Source: Azolla caroliniana (lineage: Eukaryota > Plantae > Polypodiophyta). From it: a stretch of DNA of 22,714 nucleotides. Below are positions 1 to 11,520 of the stretch, in pieces. The position numbers and the translations under genes were made by a program. The notes below the pieces were generated by a model. The model was not told where the DNA came from, ran no database searches, and worked only from the letters and a program-made list of their open reading frames with translations. Within the stretch, counting starts at the first letter, position 1. Each line of letters opens with the position of its first letter. The stretch lies in assembly GCA_043228905.1 (NCBI GenBank), contig JBHGNT010000498.1, positions 1 to 22,714 on the forward strand, in the 5' to 3' direction.

Positions 1-390
1 ACATGTATTCTAAACGTATTCAACCTTTTGGAACTGTCATTTTTTCTAAGCCTAAATTTGTAAATAATTTAAAATTTAATTTTCTAGGGTTTTTTTAATA
101 GAGAAAAAGAAAATAATTATGTAAATATTGAAACACCATTTATCCATGGGCAATAAAGATAATTGGTATTTACTATATAGTATTCAAATTCCAAGTATCT
201 TTGCATTCAACATCAATGGTGTTCAAGTATTCGATGTATTCAACAACGTATTCAATGTATTCAAAACGTACTCAACGTATTTTACCATTAAATACGTATT
301 CTAAGAACTTATAAATTTTTTTAGAATACTTATAAAATACATAGCATACGTATTGTACGCGTACGGTATGCTACGTATGTTACAACCATG
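1..390. mobile_element. Probable terminal end of a hAT-like DNA transposon/MITE (left part outside the window)
   Basis: Dense subterminal (C)GTATT/AATAC(G) motifs over 1-380 and a stem-loop tagcatac...gtacgcgtac...gtatgcta at 341-373. Motifs end abruptly at GTTACAACCATG (390), whose reverse complement CATGGTTGTAAC resembles hAT CA-termini. The partner TIR is not visible. Confidence 0.35.
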
Positions 391-1306
391 TTAACATATA
401 AATATGGCATTTTACTATACTAGATTCTCGGTCCTAAAATAACTTTGAGGAGCTAAAATATTAATGACTTTCGTATATTTTATAATAAAATTGACAATCT
501 TTACCAGTCTTTACTTTGTCTCCACAATTTATAATGTAGCATGCATAATGCTTAAGTGTGGCACTCTTAAAGCCATACACATCATGTGCATTCAAAGCAT
601 ATTTAAAAAATAATCTATAAATGGAACATTCATGAATAAAACCATGCTCCCCATTCTCTATTCAATATTTTAATAATTCTTTCTCAAATGTGGATATTCT
701 AGAGTCTAATGTCATTTGAACTCATATGAGATGTTATCTTCAATCATTCATATCTAAGCTATGTATAATTTAAAGAGAAAAGGGTGCTATGAGTCATTAT
801 GGAAGCATTTTGAACTATTTCTCAATGTGAAACCAAACTAATTCAGGAACATGGATTGAACTATGAACCCATCTTTTTCGAAAGGTGTAAAAGTATAAAA
901 TTATTGGACAATCCTCAACTACAACATCAACATAATGACTTTATAAAGAGGAGAGGGTGCTCTAATATTTTTCTTATCATTTTATACCCTCAATTTTTCT
1001 TTTGAATAAACTCTTAAACTTGCTTACATGTGTTCATATGATTAATCAAATTATAATGTAAAGATAAGATGAAGAGTAGAATAAATATTTTGAGGAATAC
1101 GATTCTCTCATTTTTTCTCTTATTTTCTTTGATAATGATTAGTCAAGGTGGATCATGCATGAAGCGCCAAAATATCTCTGGTCTAGTAACCAATCCGTCC
1201 TCTTTACTTGATCAAATTAATGATGCCCCTCAACAACATCCTAAGATGACCAAGAAGGTAATAATCAAAGTCAAATTAATACAATTGTGTGAGTATATAT
1301 ATTAAT

Positions 1307-1322
1307 ACACACACACACACAC
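1307..1322. repeat. (AC)8 microsatellite
   Basis: Direct reading: acacacacacacacac. Confidence 0.85.
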
Positions 1323-1699
1323 CCATACTAATAGTCATGTTAATTTAACTAATCAATTCATGATTATATGAAAACACTTTGATGCAGATTCGTGGGCTTG
1401 TTGATAATCAAAACTTTAGTAATGTTGACCATCCTGATTATGTATGCGCCGATTCTTGCTAATTCATAATTTTAACATTGTACAAAAAAAGAGATTCCAT
1501 GAGTTTCTAATTTCTTGGTGTTCTTGGAAACTCTTTACAACAATAAGTTCTTGAAGGAGCTAGGTCTACCTCATCATCAAGAGTTTTCGACACCCCACCC
1601 TAAACAACAAACACTCGACTCTATCCTCATTGGTTCTAATTAATCCTCTTTGATGATCACTTGATGTGCTTGTGGAGCACATTAAGTGTATTTAAGTCC

Positions 1700-2050
1700 A
1701 AATTTAGAACTATGGACACTATTATCAACTTGGCCAACAAAATCATATTTGAGATTGAAGCCGCCCTATAATCAAATAAGGAAAATTTATCAATGGACTT
1801 ATGATAAAGATAATAGGGTTGATAGGATCTTGTGAGTTCCATGAGCAACAAGACAAGTTTGACAGAAATGTTCTCAAAGTCAATATTTTGGGCTACCATG
1901 TAGTTTGTACGAATGTCTTCCCTTTTATAAATCCCACATCTTTCATAATAAAATTACTTTCATGGTGATAATACCAATTACAACAAATTTGGATGATGAA
2001 TCTCGTCTTTCCTTTATGGGCATGTCATTGGCCTCTCGACCTTCACAACA
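1700..2050 (-). pseudogene. Highly decayed Ty3/gypsy-like integrase fragment (HHCC zinc-binding region into core)
   Basis: Minus-strand pieces in shifting frames read HES..., IRTNY.W*P, HFCQTCLV, PINPII..P and MILLA, in the order expected for H..H/YxWP/CxxC/PLxPI/ILVA. Many stops and frameshifts. Confidence 0.35.
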
Positions 2051-2282
2051 AAGAGAGCTGATTCCCACTCTTTCTATGAGCATAAGAAATACATTATTGA
2101 TAGTCTGCCAAAAATATTTTTATGTTGCCAATCATTATGTAAACCCAATAAATTTCCCTTTTATCTCATTGTGGGCATGTGAAATCTCTCGCCCCTCATA
2201 TGAGAGCTCCCTGCTCATGAGCGTATGTTTATTAAGGGGTAACACATTTAACACAATTAAGGGTTACCTAGCTATTATCCTA

Positions 2283-2416
2283 CACCACATATCAATAATC
2301 AATGTTCTAACATCTACAAATATGTGACTTGCTTTTGTTCACTTTACATATAACAAGTTGTGTCATTCATATGCACCACATATCAATAATCAATGTTCTA
2401 CTATGTGCAAATATGT
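2283..2416. repeat. Short direct duplication (about 43 bp, 2 copies)
   Basis: caccacatatcaataatcaatgttcta...caaatatgt occurs at about 2284 and about 2374. Confidence 0.75.
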
Positions 2417-2724
2417 CCAATATTACCAAGCCTACACTTTTAATCATGTAGTTACATGATGATATAATACTTAAGTGTCGCGCATACACTCGCATAGGGT
2501 TCAATCCTCACCTACACAACTAAGCTGGAGATGCAAACTAGAGTTCCTTCGTGCAAGTGCAAATATCTTCGAGTGGTAACATGCAATTAAAGGGGAGGCC
2601 GATAATTTTTGGAAGAAAATCTTAGGAAGAGTGTTCTCCTATCTTTGATTTGAACCTTAGCATGAATCATTGTCTTAACTAAGATTTCATGAGTCATCTT
2701 TCAATCGTTCTCATAATAGCATGA

Positions 2725-2975
2725 CTGAAGCTTCTTCCATGAATCATTATTCTAACTTAGATTTGAAGCTTCTTCCAACACCAATCTTTTGCACTCAGAT
2801 TTGAAGCTTCTTCCGACACAAATCTTTTGCACTCAGATTTGAAGCTTCTTCTAACACGAACCTTCTACACTTACATTTGAAGCTTCTTCCAACACGAATA
2901 TTCTGCACTCACATTTGAAGCTTTGGCTAACATGAGTCCTCCTATCTCTGATTTGAAGATTCTTTCATGAACCAT
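2725..2975. repeat. 38-bp tandem repeat, about 6 copies
   Basis: Unit gatttgaagcttcttccaacacgaatcttttgcactca starts at about 2760, 2798, 2836, 2874, 2912 and 2950. Confidence 0.85.
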
Positions 2976-2979
2976 GTGT

Positions 2980-3600
2980 GGTTCATTGATTGGGAAACTT
3001 CTTCCTCATGTTCATATTTCTTCTCATATTCTCATGTAGATTTCTTTCATGTTCTTCTTTCTTCTCATATTCTCATGTCCAACATGAGTCTTCCTATCTT
3101 CAATTTGAAGTTTCTTCCATGAATAGTAAGTGAGTGGTTCATAGATAGAGGAGATTTTTCCTTATGTTTATCTTTATTCTAATCATCTCATGTTCATCTT
3201 TTTTTCATGTAGTTTTTTTTATGTTCATCTTTCTTCTCTATTCCTTATGTAAATCTTTTTTATGTTCATCTTTCTTCTCTATTCTCATGTAGATATTTTT
3301 CATGTTCATCTTTCTTTTCTTATTATCACGTTCTTCTTTCTCTTGTAGGTTTTTTTCATGTTCATCTTTCTTCTCTTATTCTCATGTCCAATATAAGTAT
3401 TCCAATCTTCGATTTTAAGGTTCGTCTATGAATCATAAGCGGTTCATACATAGAGGAGCTTCTTTCGCATTTTCCTCTTATTTTTCATATTCTTCTTTTC
3501 ATCTTTCTCTTGTGGATTCTTTTCTTGCTCATCTTTCTTCTCGTATTTTTGTGTTCATCCTTTTTTTTTTTTTCAAAAAAACATATTCTTCATTAGTAGA
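2980..3600. repeat. Degenerate CT-rich ~40-bp tandem repeats
   Basis: Recurrent (tt)catgttcatctttcttctc(t)attctcatgtagatttt. The same family recurs at about 7900-8160. Confidence 0.7.
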
Positions 3601-3759
3601 AATTCTACATCCATGACAAAATGATTAGACTGGCAACCTTATAAAGGCTGTAGCCGTGGTAGACCAATAAAAACTACAGAGACTCAGAGTATAAAACTAC
3701 AAAGACCGGTGAACACCTACAAGAATGTTCTTTCCATCACCTATGATCATTGGCTTAAA

Positions 3760-4473
3760 CACTGAACTGTAATGAGAACGTTTCAAGAGACTTTCTTTCG
3801 AAATGAAAGCATATCCAATAGTTCATGTACTTTCTTTAAGAGTCCACCCTTAGCATATGGCTGAAGCAATGCATTGCCAACAACCTGGTTTCTCTTCAGC
3901 TTGCCCATCTTCTACATATCCTGTAATGAGAACATTGCAGGAGACTAACTTTCGAATTGGACGCATATCAAACATTTCATGTACTTTCTCTAAGACTCCA
4001 CACTTAGCCTATAGATGAAACAATGCATTTCCAACAACCTGGTTTCCCTTCAACCTGCCCATCTCCTCAAACTTTATATGCATTTCTCTACCCTTTTCTA
4101 TACAAATGTGACATAAACTTGAACTTGGATTTGAATTGAAACCATATCCTGTAATGAGAACATTGCAGGAGACTATCTTTCCAACTTTCACTTGATCTAT
4201 CCTACCACCTTTTGAATCCATGTCCATTAAATAAAAACCATTGCTTGTGCATGTATTTGTTGGTCATTTTCCACAACATTCAGTTTAGCACAAGCTTTCG
4301 GAAGAATAGAAATAACATAATCGGTAGGTGTTGCATATGTACAAACCAAACTTTCCCTGCTACCTTACAACGTTTTCCTTCAACATGTGTGTACTTGCAT
4401 TCCATTGAAATTTTGAATCACAGACTTTTGGATATAATAATTTGAAATATACTTCATAGAATACAACAAACAC
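3760..4473 (-). pseudogene. Scrambled/decayed PLS-class pentatricopeptide repeat (PPR) gene fragments
   Basis: Minus-strand translation gives PTDYVISILPKACAKLNVVENDQQIHAQ and GREMH...GNQVVGNALFHL*AKCGVLEKVHEMFDMRPIRKLVSCNVLITGYVEDGQAEE. These match PLS PPR consensus motifs (GNALVDMYAKCG..A..VFD.LP.RDVVSWN.LI.GY). There is a ~154-bp internal duplication (ctgtaatgagaac at 3767, 3921, 4149) and a splice acceptor ttttgcag|gtg at 4474. Confidence 0.8.
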
Positions 4474-4499
4474 CTGCAAAAGAAAATGCTCTCTACTTT

Positions 4500-5570
4500 C
4501 ATCGTCACCTCATAAAAGTCTGCTCTAGCCCCCAACGACGTCATCACTCATCCTTATCAAACAAAGAAAACATGCTTCCTTTTCCCCATCCATCTCGCCA
4601 TAGCATAGCAAATCCTGTATCTACCAAACAAAAGCATAATGACACTACTCTCTTTAATCCCCTCATGAAATTCAACTTCTTCCCCAGACACCATCGTCAC
4701 TCATCCTTGACAATTTTCTTCGTTTTCCACATCAACCATTTGTTCGTTTGTCACTGAGGTCCTGTACAAACAAAAAATTGAATGAATGTGCTATCTTAAT
4801 CCCCTCACAAAAACATTGTTTCATCCCCCAACACCATCATGATTCACTCATCCTAAAAAACAGACAATTTGCTTCAATGACCACATCAACCATCTCGATT
4901 TATACCATTGAGAACCTATACCAAAAAAAGAAATGAGCTTACCGTCCTAATCCCCTCATGAAATTATGCTTCATCCCCACTACACCATCGTCACTCTTCC
5001 TATACCAAAATGTGCTATCCTCATCCCCTACAAGTTTCTTCGTTTTCCACATTAACCGTATGTTCATTTGGCACTACAGTCTTGTACAAACAAAAATAGA
5101 GTGAATGTGCCACGTCATCCCCTCATAAAAACATTGCTCCAAGCCCCAACACCACCATGATTCCCTCATCCTTAGAAAACAGACAATTTGCTTCAATGAC
5201 CCCGTCAACCATTTCGATTTATACCATTGAGAACCCGTACGAAAAACAGAATGAGATTACTCTCCTAATCCCCTCATGAAATTATGATTCATCCCCCTAC
5301 ACCATCGTCCATCATCCTATACAGAAATAGAAGAATGTGCTTCATTTTCCACATCAACCATCTGTTCGTTCACCACCAAAATCTTGTACAAACAAAAATA
5401 GAGTGATTGTGTTGTCCTCATCCCCTCATAAAAATCTGCTTCAACCCTCGACAACACCATCACTCATCCTTACCAAATAGAAATACTTCCATGACCATAT
5501 CACCATCTCATTGTGTACCACTAAAGTCATATATCTACAAAAAAGAAAACTTAATGAAACTACTGTCCTA
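4500..5570. repeat. Tandem repeat with ~320-bp period built from two related ~150-bp subunits
   Basis: cgttttccac at 4721 and 5041 (cattttccac at about 5343); recurrent atcccctca...catcccc...caccatcgtcactcatcct motifs. Confidence 0.8.
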
Positions 5571-5578
5571 ATGACAAA

Positions 5579-6893
5579 TTACTGTGGAGTATTCAGTATA
5601 AATGGTGCCGGTGGCGAAAACAACCAACGAGGTGGAACTCTTCTAATTCCACTTAACATCATCTCGTGTTGCATCCAAGAAAATAGGAATAGATGACCAA
5701 ACTCTTCTAATTCTCCTTATTTTCCAATTAGCTACATCTCCAAAACCCCTATAACTATCATATTCACCTTTAACCATATTTACCAATAATTCCCAGAAAG
5801 ACTTAACTTGATCCACAACATTAGTTTGTTCATCATTATATATTTTAGAACACCTCGCTTTCCAAATAATCCATAAGGCCAAAGAGGAGATAATGTTCCA
5901 AACATAACACCTAGAAAAAAACTTGACTCCCTACAAGGAGCTTGATGTATCGTACACCTGAAAACTTTTCACATGTAAAGTCAATGATGAATTATGATGA
6001 TGATAAAAAACTGTTTGTTGAGCCAACGTACCCCAAAAGATCGCACCCCACGTAAATATAACTGCCCTATACTTATGACCTAAAAGCCTAAGAATACGAG
6101 ACCAAAAACATTTGACCGTAACACATTCCCAAAAATCATGATGCAATGTCTCAGATGCAAAACCACACCTACCACATGATCGATCAAGTATTGTTCCCCT
6201 CAATAAAGCTCCTACTGGCAATGCATAATGAATTATTAACCATCGAAAATGCAATATCTTGTTCATACATTTAAGTGACCAAAACTGTTTCCAGAACTTC
6301 AACATATACGAAGATGACACATTACCTTCCTCCCAATATATTTTCCCCTTGGGTATCGACTCTATCTCATTTAACAAAAAATTTCTACCCAATGCCACAG
6401 AATATGTGAAAAATGGAAGAACTTTCGTTTGCGGAGTGTCAGACCTAGGCAACATCCAACCATAATCCGATGGATCCCACTACAGATTAGCAATTGGCCT
6501 AGAGTGTAAAACCCACATATGAGATGAGTACTTAACAATTAATGGATTAGGATCTATAAATATCTTTTTATCTAATCTAGCAATTACTCTCACTGACAAC
6601 TGCTTGGCAGAAGACATAATTGAAGACTCCTCCTCCACTAAAAACAACCTACCGTTATCTAGAACTGCACAAAAGTAGAGGCTACTATTTTGATGATATA
6701 AACGAGCTCCTATAAGTATATTCAATGTCGAAAACATACCATACCAATTCTGAAAATGACCAAATTGCAAAGTTGGCAGTGTTACCTGATACATCGTTTA
6801 CACTTGAGAGAGCATAGTGTTTGCCCCTCTAAAATTAGATACCCTAGTCTTTTGGTCTTGCAATGAAGTCTGCAGAAAATTTACCCAATCCGT
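5579..6893 (-). mobile_element. L1-clade LINE ORF2 C-terminal fragment (zf-RVT region), decayed, truncated by the LTR at 6894
   Basis: ORFs 5931..6455 (FWKQFWSLKCMNKILHFRWLIIHYALPVG...CGRCGFASETLHHDFWEC..VKCFW) and 5643..5882 (ALWIIWKARCSKIYND) match the plant L1 zinc-knuckle/C-terminal motifs. A frameshifted tail RVPPRWLFSPP...* ends at about 5579. Confidence 0.85.
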
Positions 6894-6955
6894 TGTCGTG
6901 AAGAATGTGCTTCACGATATAAAAATGAGCTTAAATATTGTATTTAATAATATTT

Positions 6956-7012
6956 GAGAGACTTGAACCCACATCCTTATATACGAAGTACAATGTACAT
7001 ACCACTAGGCTA
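6956..7012 (-). other. tRNA-like Pol III cassette (A-box/B-box) inside LTR, copy 1
   Basis: Minus strand TAGCCTAGTGG (A-box) ... GGTTCAAGTCT (B-box), 43 nt apart, with a partial anticodon arm ttgta-cttcgta-tataa. Confidence 0.7.
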
Positions 7013-7092
7013 GGCTATTTATTTGTAAAAGTTTGTAAAAAAATGTGCTTCATTATATAAGAATGAAGCTATATATTGTATTGAGTAAAATA

Positions 7093-7149
7093 GAGAGACT
7101 TGAACTCTCAACCTTGTATACCAAACACAAAGCATACACCACTAAGCTA
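7093..7149 (-). other. tRNA-like Pol III cassette inside LTR, copy 2 (137-bp tandem duplicate of copy 1)
   Basis: Minus strand TAGCTTAGTGG ... AGTTCAAGTCT. Anticodon arm ttgtg-tttggta-tacaa (TGG, Pro-like) and perfect T-arm gagag-ttcaagt-ctctc. No acceptor stem. Confidence 0.75.
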
Positions 7150-7400
7150 GGTTAGTTATTTTAGAATGCATTTTCATCATTATACTTATCACATATCTAT
7201 TTTCATACATAGCCATCATGCATCACATGCAATGCATGTGCGCCAAATGGCGATCATGCATTACGTGTAACTCATGCATTACATGCATGCCATGCTCCCA
7301 TACATTACCATATGCATGGCAACACTTATATAAAGAGGGGCAAGGAAACAAGAGGGGATCAAGAGAGAGGGAGAAAATAATACAATCAAGTAGAGAAGAC

Positions 7401-7456
7401 CAGCTCATTAGGTGAAGAACCTTGCGTTTCAAAGTTGAGGTCGTGGGTTCAAATCA
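7401..7456 (+). other. Additional degenerate tRNA-like A/B-box cassette downstream of the LTR TATA
   Basis: CAGCTCATTAGG ... gaggtcgtgGGTTCAAATC, offset 45 nt. Confidence 0.5.
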
Positions 7457-7899
7457 AGGGTCGGTAGAGAATGTGTTCAGTTTGCGATCAAGGATTGTAA
7501 AGTTGGTAAAATATTGTCTTTTTAATATACATCATGTTTATATCATATACTCTTGCTTCTTGAATCATGCTTTGTCTTAATCTTCCTTCTTAAATCATTC
7601 TTTGTCTCTATCTTCTATCTATTCTCATCTCTGTCTCTCTCTCTCACACATTACTTGTAACTCTTCTTCTTGCCATTCTTAACCTTTCTAACATCACAAT
7701 ACAAGCCTTATTAAAATTTAAGTTCCTTCAACTCCCCTTAACCTTAGTCCTTGCGACTTCGCCGCACGAACCACAACTACCCCGACACCGCAACCGTACG
7801 AGTTGGTCTATTATCCATTGCAACCCATAATAACCTAGTTCGTAAACCGAAAACACATGTCGCTTCATCACTAAATAAAGGATTCCATAACAACGGTTG

Positions 7900-8160
7900 A
7901 CGCTTTTTTTTTTGTGTGTTCATCTTTCTCATGTATATTATTTTCATGCTCATCATTTTTCTCTTATTCTCATGTTCATCTTTGTCATGTAGATTTTTTG
8001 CATGTTCACCATTCTTCATATATTTCATCATTTTAATATATAAAACCATGGTTTTCTTGTATATGAGTTTTTTATGTGATTCCTTGTCATATTCAAATTT
8101 TTTATGTTGCATGTTTATCTTTCTTCCTCCATTTCTTGTTTTTTTCATATTTGAAATCAT
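7900..8160. repeat. CT-rich degenerate repeat, same family as 2980-3600; probable intron upstream of the transposase exon
   Basis: Shared ttattctcatgttcatcttt / catgtagatttt motifs, followed by branch-like tactaat and acceptor ttgcag|g at 8217. Confidence 0.55.
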
Positions 8161-8217
8161 GTTATCATTGGTTATGAAATTACTAATACAACTCTTGTTG
8201 ATTTATTATGCTTGCAG

Positions 8218-8748
8218 GTCCCATTTGGTAATATTAGTATACAACTAATTGTAACCTTGATTGCTTTAATTACTTTCCTTGGTATTCTTTTTAAGTAATA
8301 CGTATAATTGAAAATGGTAATCGTCAATTGGATTGACATGTCTTGTTTACCAATAGACAATATATAGTATGTGATATGGTATCTATCATAATGTGAAATG
8401 GAAACAAATTTAGGGTATTAAGTAGAAAATATAGGGAATAGACAAGTTAGGAAAAATATTAATATGTTATTATGCTTGTCACAGAGTTTCAAAAGTAATT
8501 CTAGTAGTTCATTCCACGTAAATTTACGGGTTATGGGCAAAATTCACAGTTCAAGGAATGTTACATAACAAATTAATAATCTACATTTCAAATGACAAAA
8601 AGCATTATCCGATTTTTGTTTAACATTGGTTTGAGCTTGACCATGCGGATTTACTATTTCTTGGTCTTAATTTTAATCAACATTAAGTATGGTTCGATGG
8701 TGTAGCCTCACAATTTAAGGTGGCATGATACTTCTGTTTTATTTCAAG
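8218..8748 (+). pseudogene. DDD/E DNA transposase (Sola-like) exon, decayed
   Basis: Reads ...GQNSQFKEC... then ISNDKKHYPIFV*HWFELDHADLL..LNFNQH*VWFDGVASQFKVA*YFCFISR, matching the SDD..HD..FVQHCF and WSDG.ASQFK catalytic motifs. Ends at donor AG|GTAAAT (8748/8749). Confidence 0.7.
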
Positions 8749-10867
8749 GTAAATTGATTATTGTACGTTAAGTACATGATAGTTCTAAGTCTATTCAACT
8801 AATTCTTCATAAGCCTTCAACTATTACTTTAGTTTCCTATGCTTTCTAATCTTTAATGAAAACTTAGAACTAATTGTATTCAAACTTGTCTACATTACTA
8901 ATATTTGTTTAGTCTCCTACATTTAATGTTGTTCAATAAAAACTTTTTACTTTTCTTCCAATGTGCATTAGTACTAATAATGTTTTTACCCATGTTTAGT
9001 ATTTTTAAATAATAACTTAGTATTGTCCTCCACTGTGCATCAATGCTAATTATGTATTTACTGATATTTAGTACTTTTAAATAACAATGTAGTATTGTCC
9101 TCCCATGTGCATCAATACTAATTGTATATTTACCTATATTTAATATTTTTATATAACAACTTAGTATTGTTGTTCTATATGCACCATCACTAATTGTCTA
9201 TTCACCTATACTTAGTATTTTGAATAATAACTTAGTATTGCTATCAAATGTGCATCAGTACTAATTATGTGTTTACCCATGTTTAGTATTTTTAAATGAC
9301 AACTTAGTATTGTCCTCCCATATACATGTCAGTACTAATTTTCTACTCACTTATGTTTAGTATCTATAAATAATAACTTAGTACTGTCCTCCCACGTGCA
9401 TCGGTACTAATTGTGTATCTACCTAAGTTTAATATTTTTAAATAAAAACTTAATATTGTCCTCCCATGTGTGTCAGTACTAATTTTTTACTCACGTATGT
9501 TTAGTATCTAAAAATAATAACTTAGTACTATCCTCCCATGCACATCAGTACTAATTGTGTATTTACCTAAGTTTAATATTTTTAAAAACTTAGTACTATC
9601 CTCCCATGTGCATCAGTACTAATTTCATATTTATGCAAATGTAGTATTTTTAAATAAAAACTTAGTACTATCCTCCCATGTGTGTCAGTACTAATTTTTT
9701 CTACTCACTTATGTTTAGTATTTTTAAATAACAACTTAGTACTATCCTCCCATGTGAATCAGTATTAATTGTCTATTCACGTGTTTAGTATAGATATAAA
9801 TAAAAACTTACTAGTGTCCTCCCATGTGAATCACTACTAATTGTCTATTCACATATGTTTAGTATCTACAGGTAATGACTTAGTATTGTCCTCCCATGTG
9901 CATCAATACTAATTTACAACATAGTACTATCCTTAATTTACAACTTAGTATTGTCCTCCCACGTGCACAAGTACTGATTATGTTTTAAGTCATGTAAAAT
10001 ATTCTTAATTTACAACATAGTACTATCCTCCAATGTCTATCAGTACTAATTCTATTTTAAGCCATGTAAAGTATTCATAATTTACAACCTAGTACTGTCC
10101 TCTCACATGAATCAATACTAATTATGTTTTAAGCCATATAAAGTATTCTTAATTTACAACTTAGTATTGTCCTCCCACATGCATAAGTGTTGATTATGTC
10201 TTAAGCCATATAAAATATTCTTAATTTACAACATAGTACTGTCCTCCCACATCTATCAGTACTAATTCTATTTTAAGCCATGTTAAGTATTCTTAATTTA
10301 CAACTTAGTACTTTCTTCTCACATGAATCAATACTAATTATGTTTTAAGCCATGTAAAGTATTCTTAATTTACAACTTCATATTGTCCTCCCACGTGCAC
10401 AAGTACTAATTATGTTTTAAGCCATGTAAAATATTCTTAATTTAGAACATAATACTATCCTCCCACGTTTATCAGTACTAATTCTATTTGAAGCCATGTT
10501 AAGTATTCTTAATTTACAACTTAGTACTTTCCTCTCACATGAATCAATACTAATTATGTTTTAAGCCATGTACAATATTCTTAATTTACAACTTACTAAT
10601 GTCCTCCCACATGCACTAGTACTGATTATGGTTTAAGCCATGTAAAGTATTCTTAATTTACAACTTAGTACTATCCTCCCACAATCAACACTAATTCTAT
10701 TTTAAGACATGTTAAGTATTCTTAATTTACAACTTAGTAATGTCCTCCCACGTGAATAAATATTAATTAAGTTTTAACCCATGTTAAGTATTGTTTGGCT
10801 ACCTATGATGTACTAACTTAGTATTGTTACTAATGTTTGTTGGCTATCTGTGATGCAAAACGCCCAG
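8749..10867 (+). other. 2119-bp phase-2 GT-AG intron of the transposase
   Basis: Splicing tcaag|gtaaat...cccag|gtac joins FIS-R-YFSLTN in frame between two catalytic motifs. Confidence 0.75.
8960..10790. repeat. ~72-bp intronic minisatellite (~25 units, two subfamilies, 216-bp trimeric higher-order repeat in the distal part)
   Basis: Core aacttagta(c/t)tgtcctccca(c/t)(a/g)tgcatcagtactaatt. aatttacaac recurs at 10151, 10223, 10295, 10367, 10439, 10511, 10583 and 10655. Confidence 0.95.
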
Positions 10868-11520
10868 GTACTTCTCATTGACCAACATTAGGATGCAATG
10901 GAACTACTTCAGGTCTGGACATGGAAAGGGAGAGCATGATGGGGTGGAGGTTGTGATCAAGCATGCTCTTATAAGCAAGAAGGTGGATAATAAAGGTGTT
11001 AAGTTACAAAATGCACATGATGTTGTGGAGTGGCTGACATGGAAGATGTGAAATGATGGTAAGAATAGATTGTTTATTGAGATTCGTGCTAATGAGTTGG
11101 ATAGAAGTAAATCATATGGTTGTAAAACCATGAAAAGGACATGTAAGATCCATTGTTCTTTAGGGTTTTGTCGCAAGGACACAACACAATTGCTATTTCA
11201 TAGTTTATCATGCTTTTGTTCCATGTGTATTATAGGTGAATCTTGGGATGAATGCATCAATCTATTAGTCATGGAGCCATGGAAGTTGCAGAAGCTTGAG
11301 ATTCAACGACAAGATGATATTCAAAAAAACAAACACTCATACAATATTATATACTACAACCAATCTACACGTTTATTGGAGATCATTTTGCAGTGCTGAA
11401 ATCTCCTCAAAGTGAAGATTTTGAATGAAGACTATGACATTGTGGTGTGCAAGCAAGGGAGCACAATATTGAAAGAAATGACGAGGGATGGTTGGGGCAA
11501 CATGTCCAACGTTGGCACGT
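10868..11520 (+). pseudogene. Sola-like transposase exon, part 1 (interrupted by LTR element)
   Basis: YFSLTNIRMQWNYFRSGHGKGEHDGVEVVIKHAL...LQNAHDVVEWL (HGKG..DG catalytic Asp motif), then KTMKRTCKIH...LSCFCSMC (ORF 11070..11399) and DYDIVVCKQ...DGWGNMSNVGT. Stops and frameshifts present. Confidence 0.8.

Larger units (their letters stand above)
6894..7892 (+). mobile_element. Solo-type LTR (~1 kb) of a Ty3/gypsy-like family
   Basis: Starts TGTCGTGAAG and ends TTCCATAACA (a CpG-decayed inverted repeat of the start). TATA-like cttatataaagagggg at about 7324 and CATGCA-rich U3. Architecture matches the other two LTRs. Flanks CCGT/ACGG are not an identical TSD, so the 3' end is less certain. 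Confidence 0.65.

Noticed and set aside
1069-1305. 78-aa ORF with hydrophobic N-terminus
   Set aside because: No homology evident, and it lies in AT-rich DNA ending in a microsatellite; likely a chance ORF.
1382-1448. MQ...HPDYVC peptide resembling copia RT
   Set aside because: Too short, and the expected downstream LxKxLYGLKQ motif is absent.
2497-2510. B-box-like GGTTCAATCC
   Set aside because: No correctly spaced A-box or tRNA-like arms upstream.
7093-7149. Functional tRNA genes (also 6956-7012, 12224-12277, 14688-14741)
   Set aside because: No pairable acceptor stem, degenerate D-arm, and all copies are embedded in LTRs. Reported only as tRNA-like cassettes.
7777-8248. ORFs 7777..8160 (-) and 7916..8248 (+), and similar ORFs at 3428..3616 and 18895..19510
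   Set aside because: Low-complexity translations of tandem repeats.
8960-10790. CRISPR-like appearance of regular repeats (also 15195-15735 and 16650-17580)
   Set aside because: Whole units repeat with no unique spacers, there are no cas genes, and the context is eukaryotic and intronic.
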